From Azolla caroliniana (taxonomy: Eukaryota > Plantae > Polypodiophyta), in the NCBI GenBank assembly GCA_043228905.1, contig JBHGNT010000001.1:17422001-17486000 (forward strand): a DNA stretch of 64,000 nucleotides, in the 5' to 3' direction. A model generated the notes under the pieces. That model made no database searches and was not told the origin of the DNA. It saw only the letters and a list, made by a program, of their open reading frames with translations. A program made the position numbers and the translations under genes. This document shows, one piece after another, positions 1-13,280 of this stretch (the first letter of the stretch is position 1; the number at the start of each line of letters is the position of its first letter).

Positions 1-504
1 AATAGCATTCGAGAGTAAGAAACTTGATTTTGTTCAATGTCGGTATACCGTTCAAGAAAAGGAGTTATTTGTAGTTATACATGCGCTCAAAACATGGCAC
101 CATTATCTCTATGGAAATCGTTTTGTGGTAACTACGGACCACGAGTCCTTGAAATATTTTTGTGACCAACAAGACCTGAAAGGTCGTAAGGCATGATGGG
201 CTGATCTCATCTATGACTTTGATTTTTCCATACGATATCGTAAAGGTTCCATGAACATTGTCGCTGATGCACTAAGTCGCATACGTGAAGTTAACATGCT
301 TAGCTTCAATGAAATAACATCATATCTGTATGATCACCTTCGAGGAAAGTATCCTGATGACAGTTACTTTGCGAAATTACTTTGCGAAATATTGGGCAAG
401 AGTTGAGTCTGGAACAGACACCACCACCTCCTCAAAGGAATCCTTCCACATTGCTAACGGTCTACTCTACCATAATGGGAAGGTTTGTGTTCTAGATTTG
501 CGTG
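1..504 (+). pseudogene. Gypsy pol RNase H / linker fragment of element A
   Basis: Translation gives RNase H motifs with an in-frame stop and a 15-bp duplication (TTACTTTGCGAAAT x2 near 364-391). Confidence 0.8.
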
Positions 505-938
505 TGTCATGATATGGCAAGACTCGAACCCATGACCTTATGCTACATGGGTCGAGCTTTTGACCATTAAACTATACATTGTAATACATAGAATATTATT
601 TTCTTTTATGTTTTATTATAGAAAATTGATGTATATTCCAGATTTCTCTGGAACATTCTAGAAACTTCAGGAGTATTCCTTAGAACACTATAAAAGGAGG
701 GACAAGGCATTATTTCGAACCAAATTGGTTCAATGCCAGTCTTAAGCCTCCTAGCTACTGTACATTTTCTTCACATAATATATATATTTTCTTATCATCA
801 CTCTCTCTCTCTATCTCTCGATCTCTCTCTCCCTCCCTCTCACTCACTCTTTCCTTCTCTCGAGAGTTCTTCACCTCTCGTAGTACTAATACTTCTTTTA
901 GTACTAATTCCTTCTCTGTCTTAGTACTATTCCTAACA
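505..938 (+). repeat. 5' LTR of element B
   Basis: Near-identical to 5741-6174; TATAAAA at ~689; CT-rich R/U5. Confidence 0.95.
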
Positions 939-940
939 GT

Positions 941-952
941 TTGAACCGATTT
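941..952 (+). promoter_or_regulatory. Putative self-priming primer-binding site of element B
   Basis: No TGG tRNA PBS. TTGAACCGATTT is the exact reverse complement of AAATCGGTTCAA (5958-5969; 722-733 with one C>T), which lies ~33 nt downstream of the LTR TATA box. Confidence 0.75.
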
Positions 953-1012
953 TCCCTACCTTCTGTCTCTCTCATTTCCTACTAATCTCTTATTCCTCTT
1001 TTCTTTCATCCC

Positions 1013-2164
1013 ATGGCCACTGTTAGCGCTGAAGAATATCAATCTGTTTTCTCGGAATTTCAATGCTTGAAAGAGAAGTTCCATGCTTTGGAACAAGAAA
1101 ACCAACGGTTGCTGGGGGATCTTCAACAAATCTCCTTAGAAAAGCAACAAACGTAACAACAGCATGGGGAACTTGCGTTACGCGTGCAACAACTCGAAGC
1201 AACCATCGTAGCGATGCAACAACAAGGGCCCGGAACACAAGGGATTCATAAAGAACCCAAGATTGGCCTTCCCACGAAGTTCGATGGAACGCGATCGCAG
1301 TTTAGGGGGTTCCTTAACCAGGTACGATTAGTTATTCAAATGCATCCTTCCCGATATCCCACCGATGCATCACGAGTGGGTTTAGTAGGCACTTTGTTAA
1401 GTGGCTCAGCGTTGGCATGGTTCGCTCCGCTATTAGAAAAGGAATCTCCGTTACTCAACAATTTTGAAGAGTTTCTAGGTGAGTTTAAAGCATGTTTCGG
1501 AGATACTGACAGCATCAGGACCGCAATCAACAAAATTCGGCGATTACACCAAGGTGACCGTCCAGCCTCCGCATACGCTGCAGATTTTCGCCTACTCGCC
1601 GCCGATATCCCTTGGGATGATCAAGTGTTGATGGAGCAATTCCGTTATGGTTTACACAATGACGTCAAGGATTTACTCTTGACCTTCCCCGAAGAGCCAA
1701 AGTCCTTAACAGAAGCAATCAGTCACGCGGTGAGATGTGACAACCGCCTCTTTGAGCAACGTTCGGAATGACAGCTACAGATGCTGAGGGCAAGATCAGA
1801 GCCCACCTACGCCTCAGTGGTAGCAAGAACTTTTCCGAGGGAGTCATATAATGCGCCTCCAGCGAATACTCCGACTCCGATGGAGATTGACACTACACGT
1901 CGTCGAGGGCCATTATCCGAAGAAGAAAAGCAGCGACGCCGTACAAATCGACTATGTCTTTACTGCGGTGGACCAGGACATATTGCAATAAATTGGCCCC
2001 ATAGGCCAAGAAGACAGGTAAACCAAATAGTCGCTAGTTCTAATTGTACTAAACCCGAGCCTATTTCAGTAGGGATATCTGATAGTCCTAATAGTACTAA
2101 TAGCCCAGATCTAGCGAACAGATTTGATGTCCTTAGTCAGTTAGAAGAAGAGTTAAACAACTAA
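1013..2164 (+). pseudogene. gag: gag of element B (N-terminal coiled coil, retrotransposon Gag domain, PTPMEID, CCHC knuckle)
   Basis: ATG 1013 is in frame with ORFs 1184 and 1781; two premature stops consistent with C>T; knuckle CLYCGGPGHIAINW. Confidence 0.9.
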
Positions 2165-2229
2165 GTCCAGCCAAAATAGGAGCCGTTTGGTTGGACAGCC
2201 ATAGATCTGTGCAGCCCATTAGTGGTTCC
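2152..2229 (+). promoter_or_regulatory. Putative -1 ribosomal frameshift signal (gag-pol)
   Basis: G-TTA-AAC heptamer 2152-2158, 6-nt spacer, 11-bp stem 2165-2175/2186-2196; loop GGAGCC can pair with GGTTCC 2224-2229; pol is in the -1 frame and open from the heptamer. Confidence 0.75.
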
Positions 2230-5200
2230 ATTCCCTCTAAGAAAGTTAGTGATGTGTTCGTAGCCCAACTAATAGTTAGTACTAAAAGTACCCCTCCAGT
2301 ACATGTCCTAGCACTCCTAGATTCCGGAGCTAACTCTTGCTTTATGGATAAGAAATTTGCTCAAGCTCATAAGATATCCCTAAGAAAACTCCAGTGTCCA
2401 GCCTCTATAGTAGTCATTGATGGACGTCCCATTACTTCCAGAAATATCATAGAAGAGTCAGAGCCCATTAATATTGTCCTAGATAACTTAGCATGTGTAG
2501 TATCATTTAATATTATTAGTATCCCAGAACATCCCATAGTTTTAGGATTGTTGTGGTTCAAGTCACATAACCCAGACATAGATTGGAGAACAAGAGAAAT
2601 CTGGTGTCGACAAACCCAAGGGTCAACTCAGAAGATGGCAACCATTTCGCTACATCAGTTGCGTAAAGAAGGGCGCAAGGAGGAAATGTTCCTCTTTGCA
2701 ATATCAGTAAACCCCTCCAGCACCACTAAAGAAGAATCCACCATTCAACTTCCCGAGAAGTATCGTCATTACGCCGATGTGTTCGATAAAGTACAAGCCA
2801 ACACACTTCCTCATCATCGACCGTACGATTGCCCCATCGATTTACAACCGGAAAAAGAGCCGCCATGGGGACCAATCTACAATTTGTCACCAATCGAGCT
2901 GGAAGTCCTTCGGGCCTATATAGAGGAGAATTTGGAAAATGATTTCATTCGGCATTCAAAATCTCCAGCCGGCGTGCCCATTTTCTTCGTCAAGAAAAAG
3001 GATGGATCGCTTCGTCTCATTGTAGATTATCGTGGCCTGAATAAGGTTACAATCAGGAATAGGTATGCTCTTCCCCTTATCTCAAGTCTTTTAGAACGGA
3101 TCAATGGTGTCAGGTTCTTCACAAAGATCGACTTAAAGAGAGCATATAACCTCGTACGGATCCGACCAGGAGACGAATGGAAGACCGCGTTTCGCACCAG
3201 ATATGGGCACTTCGAGTATACGGTCATATCGTTCGGCCTCACTAATGCGCCGGCAGTCTTCCAGCACATGGCTAATGATATATTCCGAGATCTATTGGAT
3301 GATTGTTTGATCATCTATTTGGATGATCTACTGGTTTATTCAAAGACCCAAGAAGAACATGATTCTCATGTACTATTAGTACTAAAACGACTTCGAGAAC
3401 ATGGTCTGTATGCAAAGCTGGAAAAATGTAGTTTCGGGTGCAACCAAGTGGAATTTCTCGGCTACATCATTTCGTCAGAAGGCATCTCCATGGACCCAGC
3501 TAAGGTCAAAACAGTGGTAGAATGACAGACTCCGCGTTCGGTGCGGGATGTGCAATGCTTCCTAGGCTTTGCCAATTTTTACCGGAAGTTCATACAAGAT
3601 TACTCAAAGATCGTTCTACCTCTCACACAACTTACCACGAAGGGACAACCGTTCATCTGGTCTGAAGAAACGGACATGGCTTTCGAGAGTCTTAAAAAGG
3701 CATTTACATCGGCTCCAATTCTAGCTCATGTCGATCCGGAAAAACCATTCATTATCGAAGCTGACGCATCGGATTTTGCATTGGGGAGCATTCTGTCACA
3801 ACAGGGGAATGATCAGAAGCTATATCCTGTGGCTTTTCACTCACCCAAGTTTGACGCTGCCGAAATCAACTACGAAATTCATGATAAGGAGCTATTGGCA
3901 ATAGTGGATTCTTTTATGTAATGGAGGCATTTTCTAGAGGGATCCTCTCATCCGGTCACCGTATTTAGTGACCACAAGAACCTTGCCTACTTTCAGGATG
4001 CTCGTGTGTTGAATCGACGTCAAGCTCGGTGGGCCCACTTCTTCATGCGTTTCGACTTCAAAATTACATATCGTTCGGGGAAGCACCAAGGGAAGGCAGA
4101 TGCATTATCACGGCGTTCGTATCTAGCACCCCGTCCCGGCGAGCCAACTTTCGATAACCAAAAACAAGTCATCTTAGGACCGGCACGACTACACGCAACA
4201 CAGATCTTTGACATGCCCATGGATTCCCGCGTTATCGATACCATACGCGAAGACTTGAAGACAGATGCGTTCGCCCAAGCTATACTAGCACAAATTGATC
4301 CCTCTCGAGCGTCGTGTTCACAGTCGCAACCACCAAGTACGGACTATCAACAATTCAAATACCATGATGGATTACTCTTCTTTAAAGAACTTTTGTACGT
4401 TCCTAATGGTTCTTGCCGCCTTCAATTAGTACAAAACTGTCATGACACATATACAACTGGGCATTTTGGTAGTACTAAAATGTTACATTTAGTACAACGA
4501 TCATTCTGGTGGCCCTGTATGTGACAATTTGTCGAGGATTTTGTTCGGACGTGTGATACATGCTGCAGAGCGAAAATGCCAAGGCATCATCCATATGGTT
4601 TATTACAACCATTACCAATTCCAAGCAAGCCATGGCAATCCATTGCTCTAGACTTCATCACAGATCTTCCAGTCTCTAATGGGTTCAATGTGATTCTAAC
4701 GGTGGTCGATCGATATACGAAGATGGCTCATTTCTTGCCATGTACTAAGGAGATCTCCAGTGAAGACACTGCTGAAATTGTCATGCGTGAAGTATGTCGG
4801 CATCATGGACTTCCCGATAGTATCATCAGCGACCATCGACCCCAATTCGTGTCAAAATTCTGGAAGCACCTTTTTAACATGCTCAAGGTCACTTGTAACC
4901 TCTCCTCCGGCTACCACCCACAAACCGATGGCCAAGCCGAACGAACCAATCAAACGCTGGAGCAGTATCTGTGGTGCTTTCTCAGCTATCATCAAGATGA
5001 CTGGGCAGATATTCTCCACTTCGCCGAATTTGCCTATAACAACTCTATCCACGCATCCACTAACGTTACGCCATTTTATGCTTATACGGGATGTCACCCC
5101 CGGTGGTGTGTACTTGAAACCCCAGAGGTGTCCACAAATCCTTGCGCAGAGGATCGTTTGGAGAGGTTACACAAGATACAAGCGGATTTATCTATTCATC

Positions 5201-5748
5201 TCCAACAAGCTCAAGAAACACACAAGGTTTATGCGGATCGTCATCGACTCCCATCTAGTTTTAACATTGGAGATCGGGTATGGCTACTCCGACGACACAT
5301 CAAGACTACTCACCCATGCGAGAAGTTGGATTATCGGCGATTAGGTCCCTTCCGTATTATAGGAAAGATTAATGATGTCGCTTTTCGTCTTGATCTACCT
5401 CCACAACTTCGGATACATCTGGTGTTTCATAGTTCTCTCCTTGAACCCTATCAAGAGAGCACCATCCCAGGACGTATTACACAGCCTCCACCCCCGATCG
5501 AGCTTGAAGATGGACCTGAGTACGAGGTTGCCGCCATCCTTGATTCCAAGCTTGTTCGCAACAAGCTCTACTATCTATTCGATTGGCTAGGATATAGTCC
5601 CAGCGAGCATACTTGGGAACCGATAGAGAATGTCACCAACGCTTGTGCTCTTCTTGAAGACTTCCATCGTCAATATCCAGAAAAACCGGGTCCTCAATCC
5701 AAAACAACTCGTTACACTCGTCGTTTTAAAAGGGGGATAGTGTCATGA
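2159..5748 (+). pseudogene. pol: pol of element B: protease, RT, RNase H, integrase, chromodomain
   Basis: LDSGA; YLDD; EADASD..HDKEL; HHCC + DDE integrase; GPF; chromodomain EYEVAAILD..YLFDWLGY..TWEP; three in-frame stops (3523, 3919, 4522). Confidence 0.95.
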
Positions 5749-6174
5749 TATGGCAAGACTCGAACCCATGACCTTATGCTACATGGGTCGAGCTCTTGAC
5801 CATTAGACTATACATTGTAATACGTAGAATATTATTTTCTTTTATATTTTATTATAGAAAATTGATGTATATTCTAGATTTCTCTGGAACATTCTAGAAA
5901 CTTCAGGAGTATTCCTTAGAACACTATAAAAGGAGGGACAAGGCATTATTTCGAACCAAATCGGTTCAACGCCAGTCTTAAGCCTCCTAGCTACTGTACA
6001 TTTTCTTCACATAATATATATCTTTTCTTATCATCACTCTCTCTCTCTCTCTCTTGATCTCTCTCTCCCTCCCTCTCACTCACTCTTTCCTTCTCTCGAG
6101 AGTTCTTCACCTCTCGTAGTACTAATACTTCTTTTAGTACTAATTCCTTCTCTGTCTTAGTACTGTTCCTGACA
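5741..6174 (+). repeat. 3' LTR of element B
   Basis: Follows the PPT; matches 505-938. Confidence 0.95.
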
Positions 6175-6179
6175 GCGTG

Positions 6180-6807
6180 AGGTCAAAAAGAGAATTCTTT
6201 TTTAATGCCATGATGCACCCTCAGCAGGGCACCCTGGAATACATCGTACACTCGTTCTCATCTCCACTCAATTCTATTGGCCTAAGATGCGTCCTGACAT
6301 ACATAGCTATGTGACTAAATGTCACCAATGTCAGGTTAACAAAGTCGAGCAACTTAAAGCCGCATGACTTTTACATCCCTTGGACATTCCCAATAATAAG
6401 TGGGAAAGTATATCCATGGATTTTATTATTAGCCTTCCTCGCACCCAAAAAGGCCATTATGCCATCTGGGTTGTGCTTGATAGACTAACTAAAATGGTCA
6501 GATTTATTGCTACTAAAACCATGATAACAACTCCTAAATTGGCTTACCAATTCGTTGACGAGTTATTTCATTTTTATGGGTTACTGATGGATATCGTGAG
6601 TGATCGAGATCCAAAATTTACTAATGACTTCTGGACGCAAGTCTTTAAGAAATTAGAAACTACATTGAGCATGAGCTCCACGGATCATCCTCAATCTGAT
6701 GGACAGACAAAATGAGTAAATCAAATTATTGAGGACATGCATTGAGCATACTTTGGTGCAAAACCAACAAAATGGGAACATTATTTCCCAATTTTGAAGT
6801 TTGCTTA
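6180..6807 (+). pseudogene. Integrase (HHCC + core) fragment of element A
   Basis: HDAPSAGHPG..CHQCQ; WESISMDFI; IVSDRDPKF; HPQSDGQT. Confidence 0.85.
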
Positions 6808-9800
6808 TGTTGAGAGACAAGCTCAACATTCGGTGCGTAATTGGGTGCATAACCCAGTGCGTAAACTAGGTACGTAAAACTGTGCGCACAATAGGGCGTA
6901 GCAGTGCGTAAACCGCGAGGCCGTTAGAAAGATATTCCTCGAAAGGAATAATTTTGGGAGTTTGTGTAGTCGGCTCATTTATGAGCGTCAAGTATTGTCA
7001 GTACTTGTGTCAGCCCGATTGTCAGGGCTTGTATAAAAGGTGCTCACTGAGCATGGTGTATACTGACAGAACAGAGTGTCCTTTTTAAATCTAAGTTTTC
7101 TGTTGTCTGCTCTCTCTCCATCTCCATCTCCATCTCTGCGTTTTCTGTGTTTTACTAAATTGTCTTATTCCTCCAAACTGTGTACTCTGTGTTTTACGCA
7201 CACGCTTCCACACAACGTATTCTTTTACATGGTATCAGAGCGCAAGGGTTGAAGTCCTCTGCAGCCGACAAGAAAAGTTTGTGACAAAACAGAGTTGAAT
7301 TTGTTCGCCTTCAAAGAAGAAAAAGACCGTACTATTGACAGAGGTATGGGAAGCTCGCTACCGACTGAAAAGCTCGACAGGAGCAACTACACATCTTAGT
7401 TGTACAAGATGCACCAGTACCTGCTCGGCCATGGCTACTGGAGTTATGTCAAAGGAGCAAACGATGTGGCACCCGACTCAACACATAAGGATTATCCGTC
7501 TTGGGAACAAGCGACCAGAAGAGTGTTGTACTACTTCGCATCCTGTGTGAGCGATCAGATTTTGAGTTATATTCGGGATGCCAAGACGCTGAATGACACA
7601 TGGGCGAATCTCAAAAGGATTTTCACCGCTAGCACAACGGCCAGAAAGTTGCAGCTCAGACAAGAGCTCAGCAATGTACGACAAAGAGATATGTCGGTGG
7701 CTGATTACACCACCAAGATCAAAGAAATTTGCGACTCTCTCGCCTCCGTCAACGTGAACGTCGAGGAAGATGAAATTGTGCAGGTTTGTCTTGGTGGCTT
7801 GACGTCAAAGTTCGGACCTTTCCAAATGGCAGTCTGCACGAGGGAGATTACGCCTTCATTTTTCAAGCTTCAGTCAATGTTGCTCGTAGAAGAAAAGCAC
7901 GCGGGTGCGTCGACGAGTGTGCACGTCGATGGCAAGATGCTTTACACGGAGGATGATAGGCCCCGTGGTCATGGTGGACGAGGTGGATCGGCGCGCAATG
8001 GAGGCGGCCGAAAAGAGCAGAATGTACGGCATAATAGAGATGTTGGAAGCAATTCCGAACCCTCCGTAAGCAGGGGGAGTCATGGCGGCACCGAAAGACG
8101 ACAAGAGAAGACCGCGCTGGATTGTTGGTACTGTAGCAAGAAAGGCTACAAGGAGAGCGAGTGTTGGAAAAAGCAAGCCAATTCGGACAAAGCCGGATCG
8201 AGTCGAAGAGACGCAGAGAGGCGTCAGAGATCGCACTACGCAGAAGGCTCTGAACGAGCTGAAAACAAATCGGTCCCAACCTTTGTAATGAAGCATAAGG
8301 CCAATTCTATGGCCATGAACACCTCGAAATAAAGCGAGGTGTGGTATGTTGATTCCGAAGCGTCAAACCATATGACAAGTCACGAGGAATGGTTCTTGTA
8401 CTTGGAGAAACCAGAATCACAAGGAGTGGTCGAAATGGGAGACGACACTCCGCATACCATCGAACATGTCGGCGAAGTTCCTCTCAGCCACATCAGGCAA
8501 AAAGGGAAACTCATGAATGTGTTGCACGTCCCGTCAATAACGAAGAACCTAGTGTCAGTTGGTCAGATCGTCGACCAGGGAATGCAGGTTCGATTAACGC
8601 ATCTCGGCTGCTTCATAGAAGAGGAAGGCAAAGTAATCGCGCAAGGGCGCCGTGAAGGGAGGATGTTTATCCTCGACATTAATCAAGCCAGAACTGCATT
8701 GTACACGAAAGGACAAAAGGTCGAATTGGATATCGACCTATGGCACAAGCGGTTCGGCCACATAAATTTCCCATGGCTTCGTGAAATGCAGACGAAGAAC
8801 ATTATTTTCGAGTTGCCGAAATTTCGTGGCCGGAGTGGCCAAGTCTGCGAAGCCTGTCAGATGGGAAAACAACACCGACTTCCATTCCCCAATGAGCGTA
8901 ATCGTAGTCGAAGTTCGCTAGATTTGATCCATTCGGATGTGTGGGGTCTGGCATAGAATGTGAGTTCGGTGGAAGCCGTTACTTTGTAACCTTCATCGAT
9001 GACTTCACTCGGCACACGTGGGTATGCACAATCGCGACGAAGAGCGAAGTTTTCGCATGTTTCCTGAAGGTGAAGAGCCTTGCGGAAAGGGAAACAGGGC
9101 GTAAGATCAAATGCCTATGGTCCGATGGTGGGAAGGAGTACTTCTCTGACCAGTTCACAAGTTATCTCCAGAAGGAGGGAATTCAACGTGAATTCTCGTG
9201 TAGATATACGCCAGAGCAGAACGGCATAGCCGAGCGGAAGAATCAGACGATTGAAGAAGTGGCCAGGGCAATGCTTGAAGAGAAGCATATGCCAAAATTC
9301 TATTGGGCCGAAGCCGTGAAGATGGTTGTCTACCTGCAAAATCGGACTTCTGCTAATGGAGGAGTGTCACCACATGAGTTGTATTTCGAGAAGAAGCCGA
9401 ACTTGGCACACTTGAGGATTTTCGGCAGCATCGTGTATGTGCACGTGTCGAAGGAGAAAAGGAGGAAATTGGATGCTAAAGCTGAGAAATGTATCATGGT
9501 CGGCTATTCATACGAGCAAAAGGGGTATAAGTGTTATAACCCCCAAACAAAGGAAGTATGCGTAAGCTGCGATGTCGTATTTGATGAGTTCGCTTCGTGG
9601 TACTTGCCTTCTCCTCCAGAACCTCATGACTCCATTCCGATTTCTGAAGAAGAAATCAGCGAGGCTAAAATGCCTCCGCATGATGAGGATGTCTGATCTC
9701 TGAGAGAGAGTTCGACCTTATTTCGGCTAAGCGGGCCAAATGAGGGGGTGGGCCGAGATGGCCAACCAGATGATGAAACAGCAAGTAATGGAGACTCTGT

Positions 9801-12597
9801 CGTGCATTCCCCGCGCAGGAAGCCGAGGAGACGACTTACGCGCAAGGAAAAAGGCAAGAAGAAAATGTTGGAATACGACTTTGGCGGTGCCCAGTCATAT
9901 CGGAGTGAGTTTGACTACGGGCCACCTGAAAAAGAACCTCCACGGAAGAGGTCGATAGTAGCTGAGAAGGTCACTAAATCGGATAATCTCGAATTACGCC
10001 GATCTACCCACCTCAAAAACCCCGTAAAGAGATATGGGTATAATGAGTACATGGCACACCACTACATGTACATGACACGAGTGGCGGAAGTGCGTGAGCC
10101 AGAGAGCTATGTAGAAGCGGCGATGGACGCAAATTGGCGTGCCGCGATGGAGGAAGAGATGTGCGCCTTAACGCAGAACGAGACATGGGACCTAGTTGAC
10201 GCACCGAAGGGTGTAAAGCCGATTCGTTGCCGGTGGGTGTATAAAGTGAAACACAACACGGACGGCTCCGTCAACCGCTACAAGGCCCGTTTAGTAGCGA
10301 AAGGGTACGCACAGAAGCACAGTGTGGACTATGACGAGACCTTCACGCCTATCGCGAAGATGACTACCGTGCGAGTCTTGCTAGCCATAGCAGCAGCAAA
10401 GGGGTGGCACTTACATCAAATGGATGTAAAGAACGCGCTCTTGCAAGGTGATCTTGAGGAGCAGGTGTACATGGTACAGCCCCCCGGATTTCTAACCGAA
10501 CAAAACACCTTGGCAATTTGCCGATTGAAGAAATCCTTATATGGACTAAAGCAAGCCCCACGAGCTTGGAACGCAGAGATTACGCAACATCTGCGTAGGA
10601 TGGGGTTTGTGTCGTCGAAATCGGATTCTTCTCTATTTGTTCGGCAAGGTCAATATGGACCGGTTAGCATGCTCTTGTACATTGATGATTTAGTCATCGC
10701 CAGTGCTGACCTTGACGAAATCCGCCGCGTGAAGTCTCAGCTTGCGGCATCGTTTGAAATGAAGGATCTCGAAGACCTTCATTACTTCCTCAAGATCGAA
10801 GTGATCCGTACCCCCAAAGGCATATTGATCAGCCAGCATCATTACACGTTGAATATGCTCTTCAAGTTCGGGATGGCAAATTGTAAGCCCATCAAGACCC
10901 CTCTGGACAAAAACGTAAAGCTTCGCCAAGATTCGAGAAAGGCGTGTGACCCAACACAGTTTAGACATATTGTCAGGAGCCTTATCTATTTGACGATTAC
11001 TCGGCCGGATCTTAGCTACCCAGTCGGCTTAATCAATCAATTCATGTCACAGCCTACGGCCGAACACTTTCAGTGCACGCAACGGATATTGTGATATGTC
11101 AGCGGCACGAAAGACATGGTGTTGCTATATCGAGCAGGTGTAGCCAAACAGTTAGTCGGCTACACGAATGTTGATTGGGTCGGAAACGCCAGTGATCGTA
11201 GATCCACATCCAGATACACCTTCTCATTAGGAAGTGCGGCGATCACGTGGAGCAACAAAAAGCAGCCGACAGTGGCACTGTCAAGCACGGAGGCCGAATA
11301 TCGAGGGGCGACTATCGCTACGTGCGAAGTCATTTGGCTGAAACGGCTATTACGGGATCTGTAGGTAGAGGTGTTTGATCCGACGACGATCTTTTGTGAC
11401 AACCTCAGCAGTATCCACCTTGCAAAGAACCCTGATTTCCATGCCTGGACAAAGCACATTGAGGTGCATTACCATTTTGTCCGCGAGCGAGTCCTTTCAG
11501 GTGAAGTCGAACTGGTGCATGTTCCGACTGATCGGCAGGTTGCCGACATCTTCACCAAGCCTCTTGGTCTCGACAAGTTGTGGCATTTCTCGGGTGAGCT
11601 TGGGTTGCGTCACCTCGACACGCCAAACTTGAGGGGGAGAAAGGAAGACGAACAGGAGCAAGAGCGTGAAAGGAGCGGAGTTGTTCATCACGGCGGAAGT
11701 GACCATGATGAGGAATCGGATGAAGAATTCGATTTCGGACCGGCTGAAGAAGCCGAAGAAGAAAACAAGGGCTGCAATCATAAGAAGGAGCCGAGGACAA
11801 CTAAATCAGGAGGATATACAGCCAAGAAGGGCGTAAAGGCCAAGACCAAGACGTGGTCTGATGTAGTCAAAGGCCTAAAGACTGAAGACGAATTGGAGAC
11901 AGCCAATTCAAATGAATGCGGAATTCAATCGGAATGTTCGATTTGGTTACGCTGAATCAACTGAAGGCCATGCGGAGAAAAGGGCAGCGAAGGACGCGCC
12001 GACACCGCGATAGCAAGGGAGTTGAGAAGGGCTGAACAAGCAGACAAGCCAACCGAAAGGCTCAAAGCGCGTGGAATTGAACAGGTCGAGGAGCACGAGC
12101 AAGGTATGAAGCCAGAAGGAACTGGAGCGTAGATCCGGAAGAACGGACAGAACCTCAAGTTGAGCTTGAGGGGGTGTGTTGAGAGACAAGCTCAACATTC
12201 GGTGTGTAATCGGTGCGTAACCCAGTGCGTAAACTGGGTACGTAAAACTGTGCACACAATAGGGCGTAGCGGTGCGTAAACCGCAAGGCCGTTAGAAAGA
12301 TATTCCTCGAAAGGAATAAATTTGGGAGTTTGTGTAGTCGGCTCATTTATGAGTGTCAAGTACTGTCAGTACTTGTGTCAGCCTGATTGTCAGGGCTTGT
12401 ATAAAAGGTGCTCACTGAGCACGGTGTATACTGACAGAACAGAGTGTCATTTTAAAATCTGAGTTTTCTGTTGTCTGCTCTCTCTCCATCTCCATCTCCA
12501 TCTCTGCGTTTTCTGTGTTTTACCGAATTGTCTTATTCCTTTGAACTGTATACTCTATGTTTTACGCACACGCTTCCGCACAACGTATTATTTTACG
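6808..12597 (+). mobile_element. Ty1/Copia element C1 inserted in the integrase of A
   Basis: LTRs 6808-7229 and 12177-12597; PBS TGGTATCAGAGC (tRNAiMet) 7230-7241; TSD GCTTA/GCGTA (1 mismatch); INT precedes RT. Confidence 0.93.
7346..11955 (+). pseudogene. gag-pol of Copia C1 with charged C-terminal extension
   Basis: UBN2-type gag, CWYC knuckle, WYVDS protease, GAG-pre-integrase, DDE integrase, RT (LYIDD), RNase H; multiple stops and frameshifts. Confidence 0.9.
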
Positions 12598-13280
12598 GCG
12601 TATAACAACTCCAAGCATACATCGACGGGATATAGTCCTTTTATGTTGATGTATGGTTTTCAACCACGAGCCCCAATTGATGTTAATATACATCATGATG
12701 AGTTGCGAAGTACGCAAAACTTTCTTCGGGATATGCAAGATATGTTGCATATTGCACGAGATAATATAAAAATAGCTCAAGATAGAGCGCGTTTTTACAC
12801 CGATCATAATAGGAAACCTTGTGTATTCAACCTTGGACAGAAGGTATTTTTACGTGTACCTCACAATTCTAAGACATTGTCTACAGGTAAGTACGCTAAG
12901 TTAGCCCCACGGTTTTGTGGACCTTTTCAAGTCCTCAAACACATTGGTTCATCAACCTATCGTCTCGCTCATCCCGATGGCGTTGAAATTCATCCAGTTT
13001 TTCATGAAAGTCGTCTAAAAGAACTTCTAGGTTCTTGCGACAATACAGTTACAACTGAAACTCTGGTTACTTCTGAAGAATTATCTTCTAAACCACATGT
13101 ACCAGAAAGAATTCTCAATGTTAAAACAAAAAATCTGCGTACTAAAATAATCCGAGAATATAAAATTAAATGGATGGATAAATCTATCAAAGATGCCACA
13201 CGGGAACGCGAAAATACTCTTGGAACTAACTTCCCTAACTTTCCATTGCAAGAGTGCAATGTTTTAAAGAGGGGGGAGTA
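12598..13280 (+). pseudogene. Integrase C-terminus and chromodomain-like tail of element A
   Basis: AYNNS..SPF..YG; KLAPRFCGPF; IHPVFHES.LK; chromo-like segment. Confidence 0.85.

Larger units (their letters stand above)
505..6174 (+). mobile_element. Complete chromoviral Gypsy element B (Tcn1/sushi-like), inactivated by nonsense mutations
   Basis: 434-bp LTRs 505-938 and 5741-6174 (TG..CA); TSD GCGTG at 500-504 and 6175-6179; PPT AAAAGGGGGATAG; domain order gag-PR-RT-RH-INT-chromo. Confidence 0.95.
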
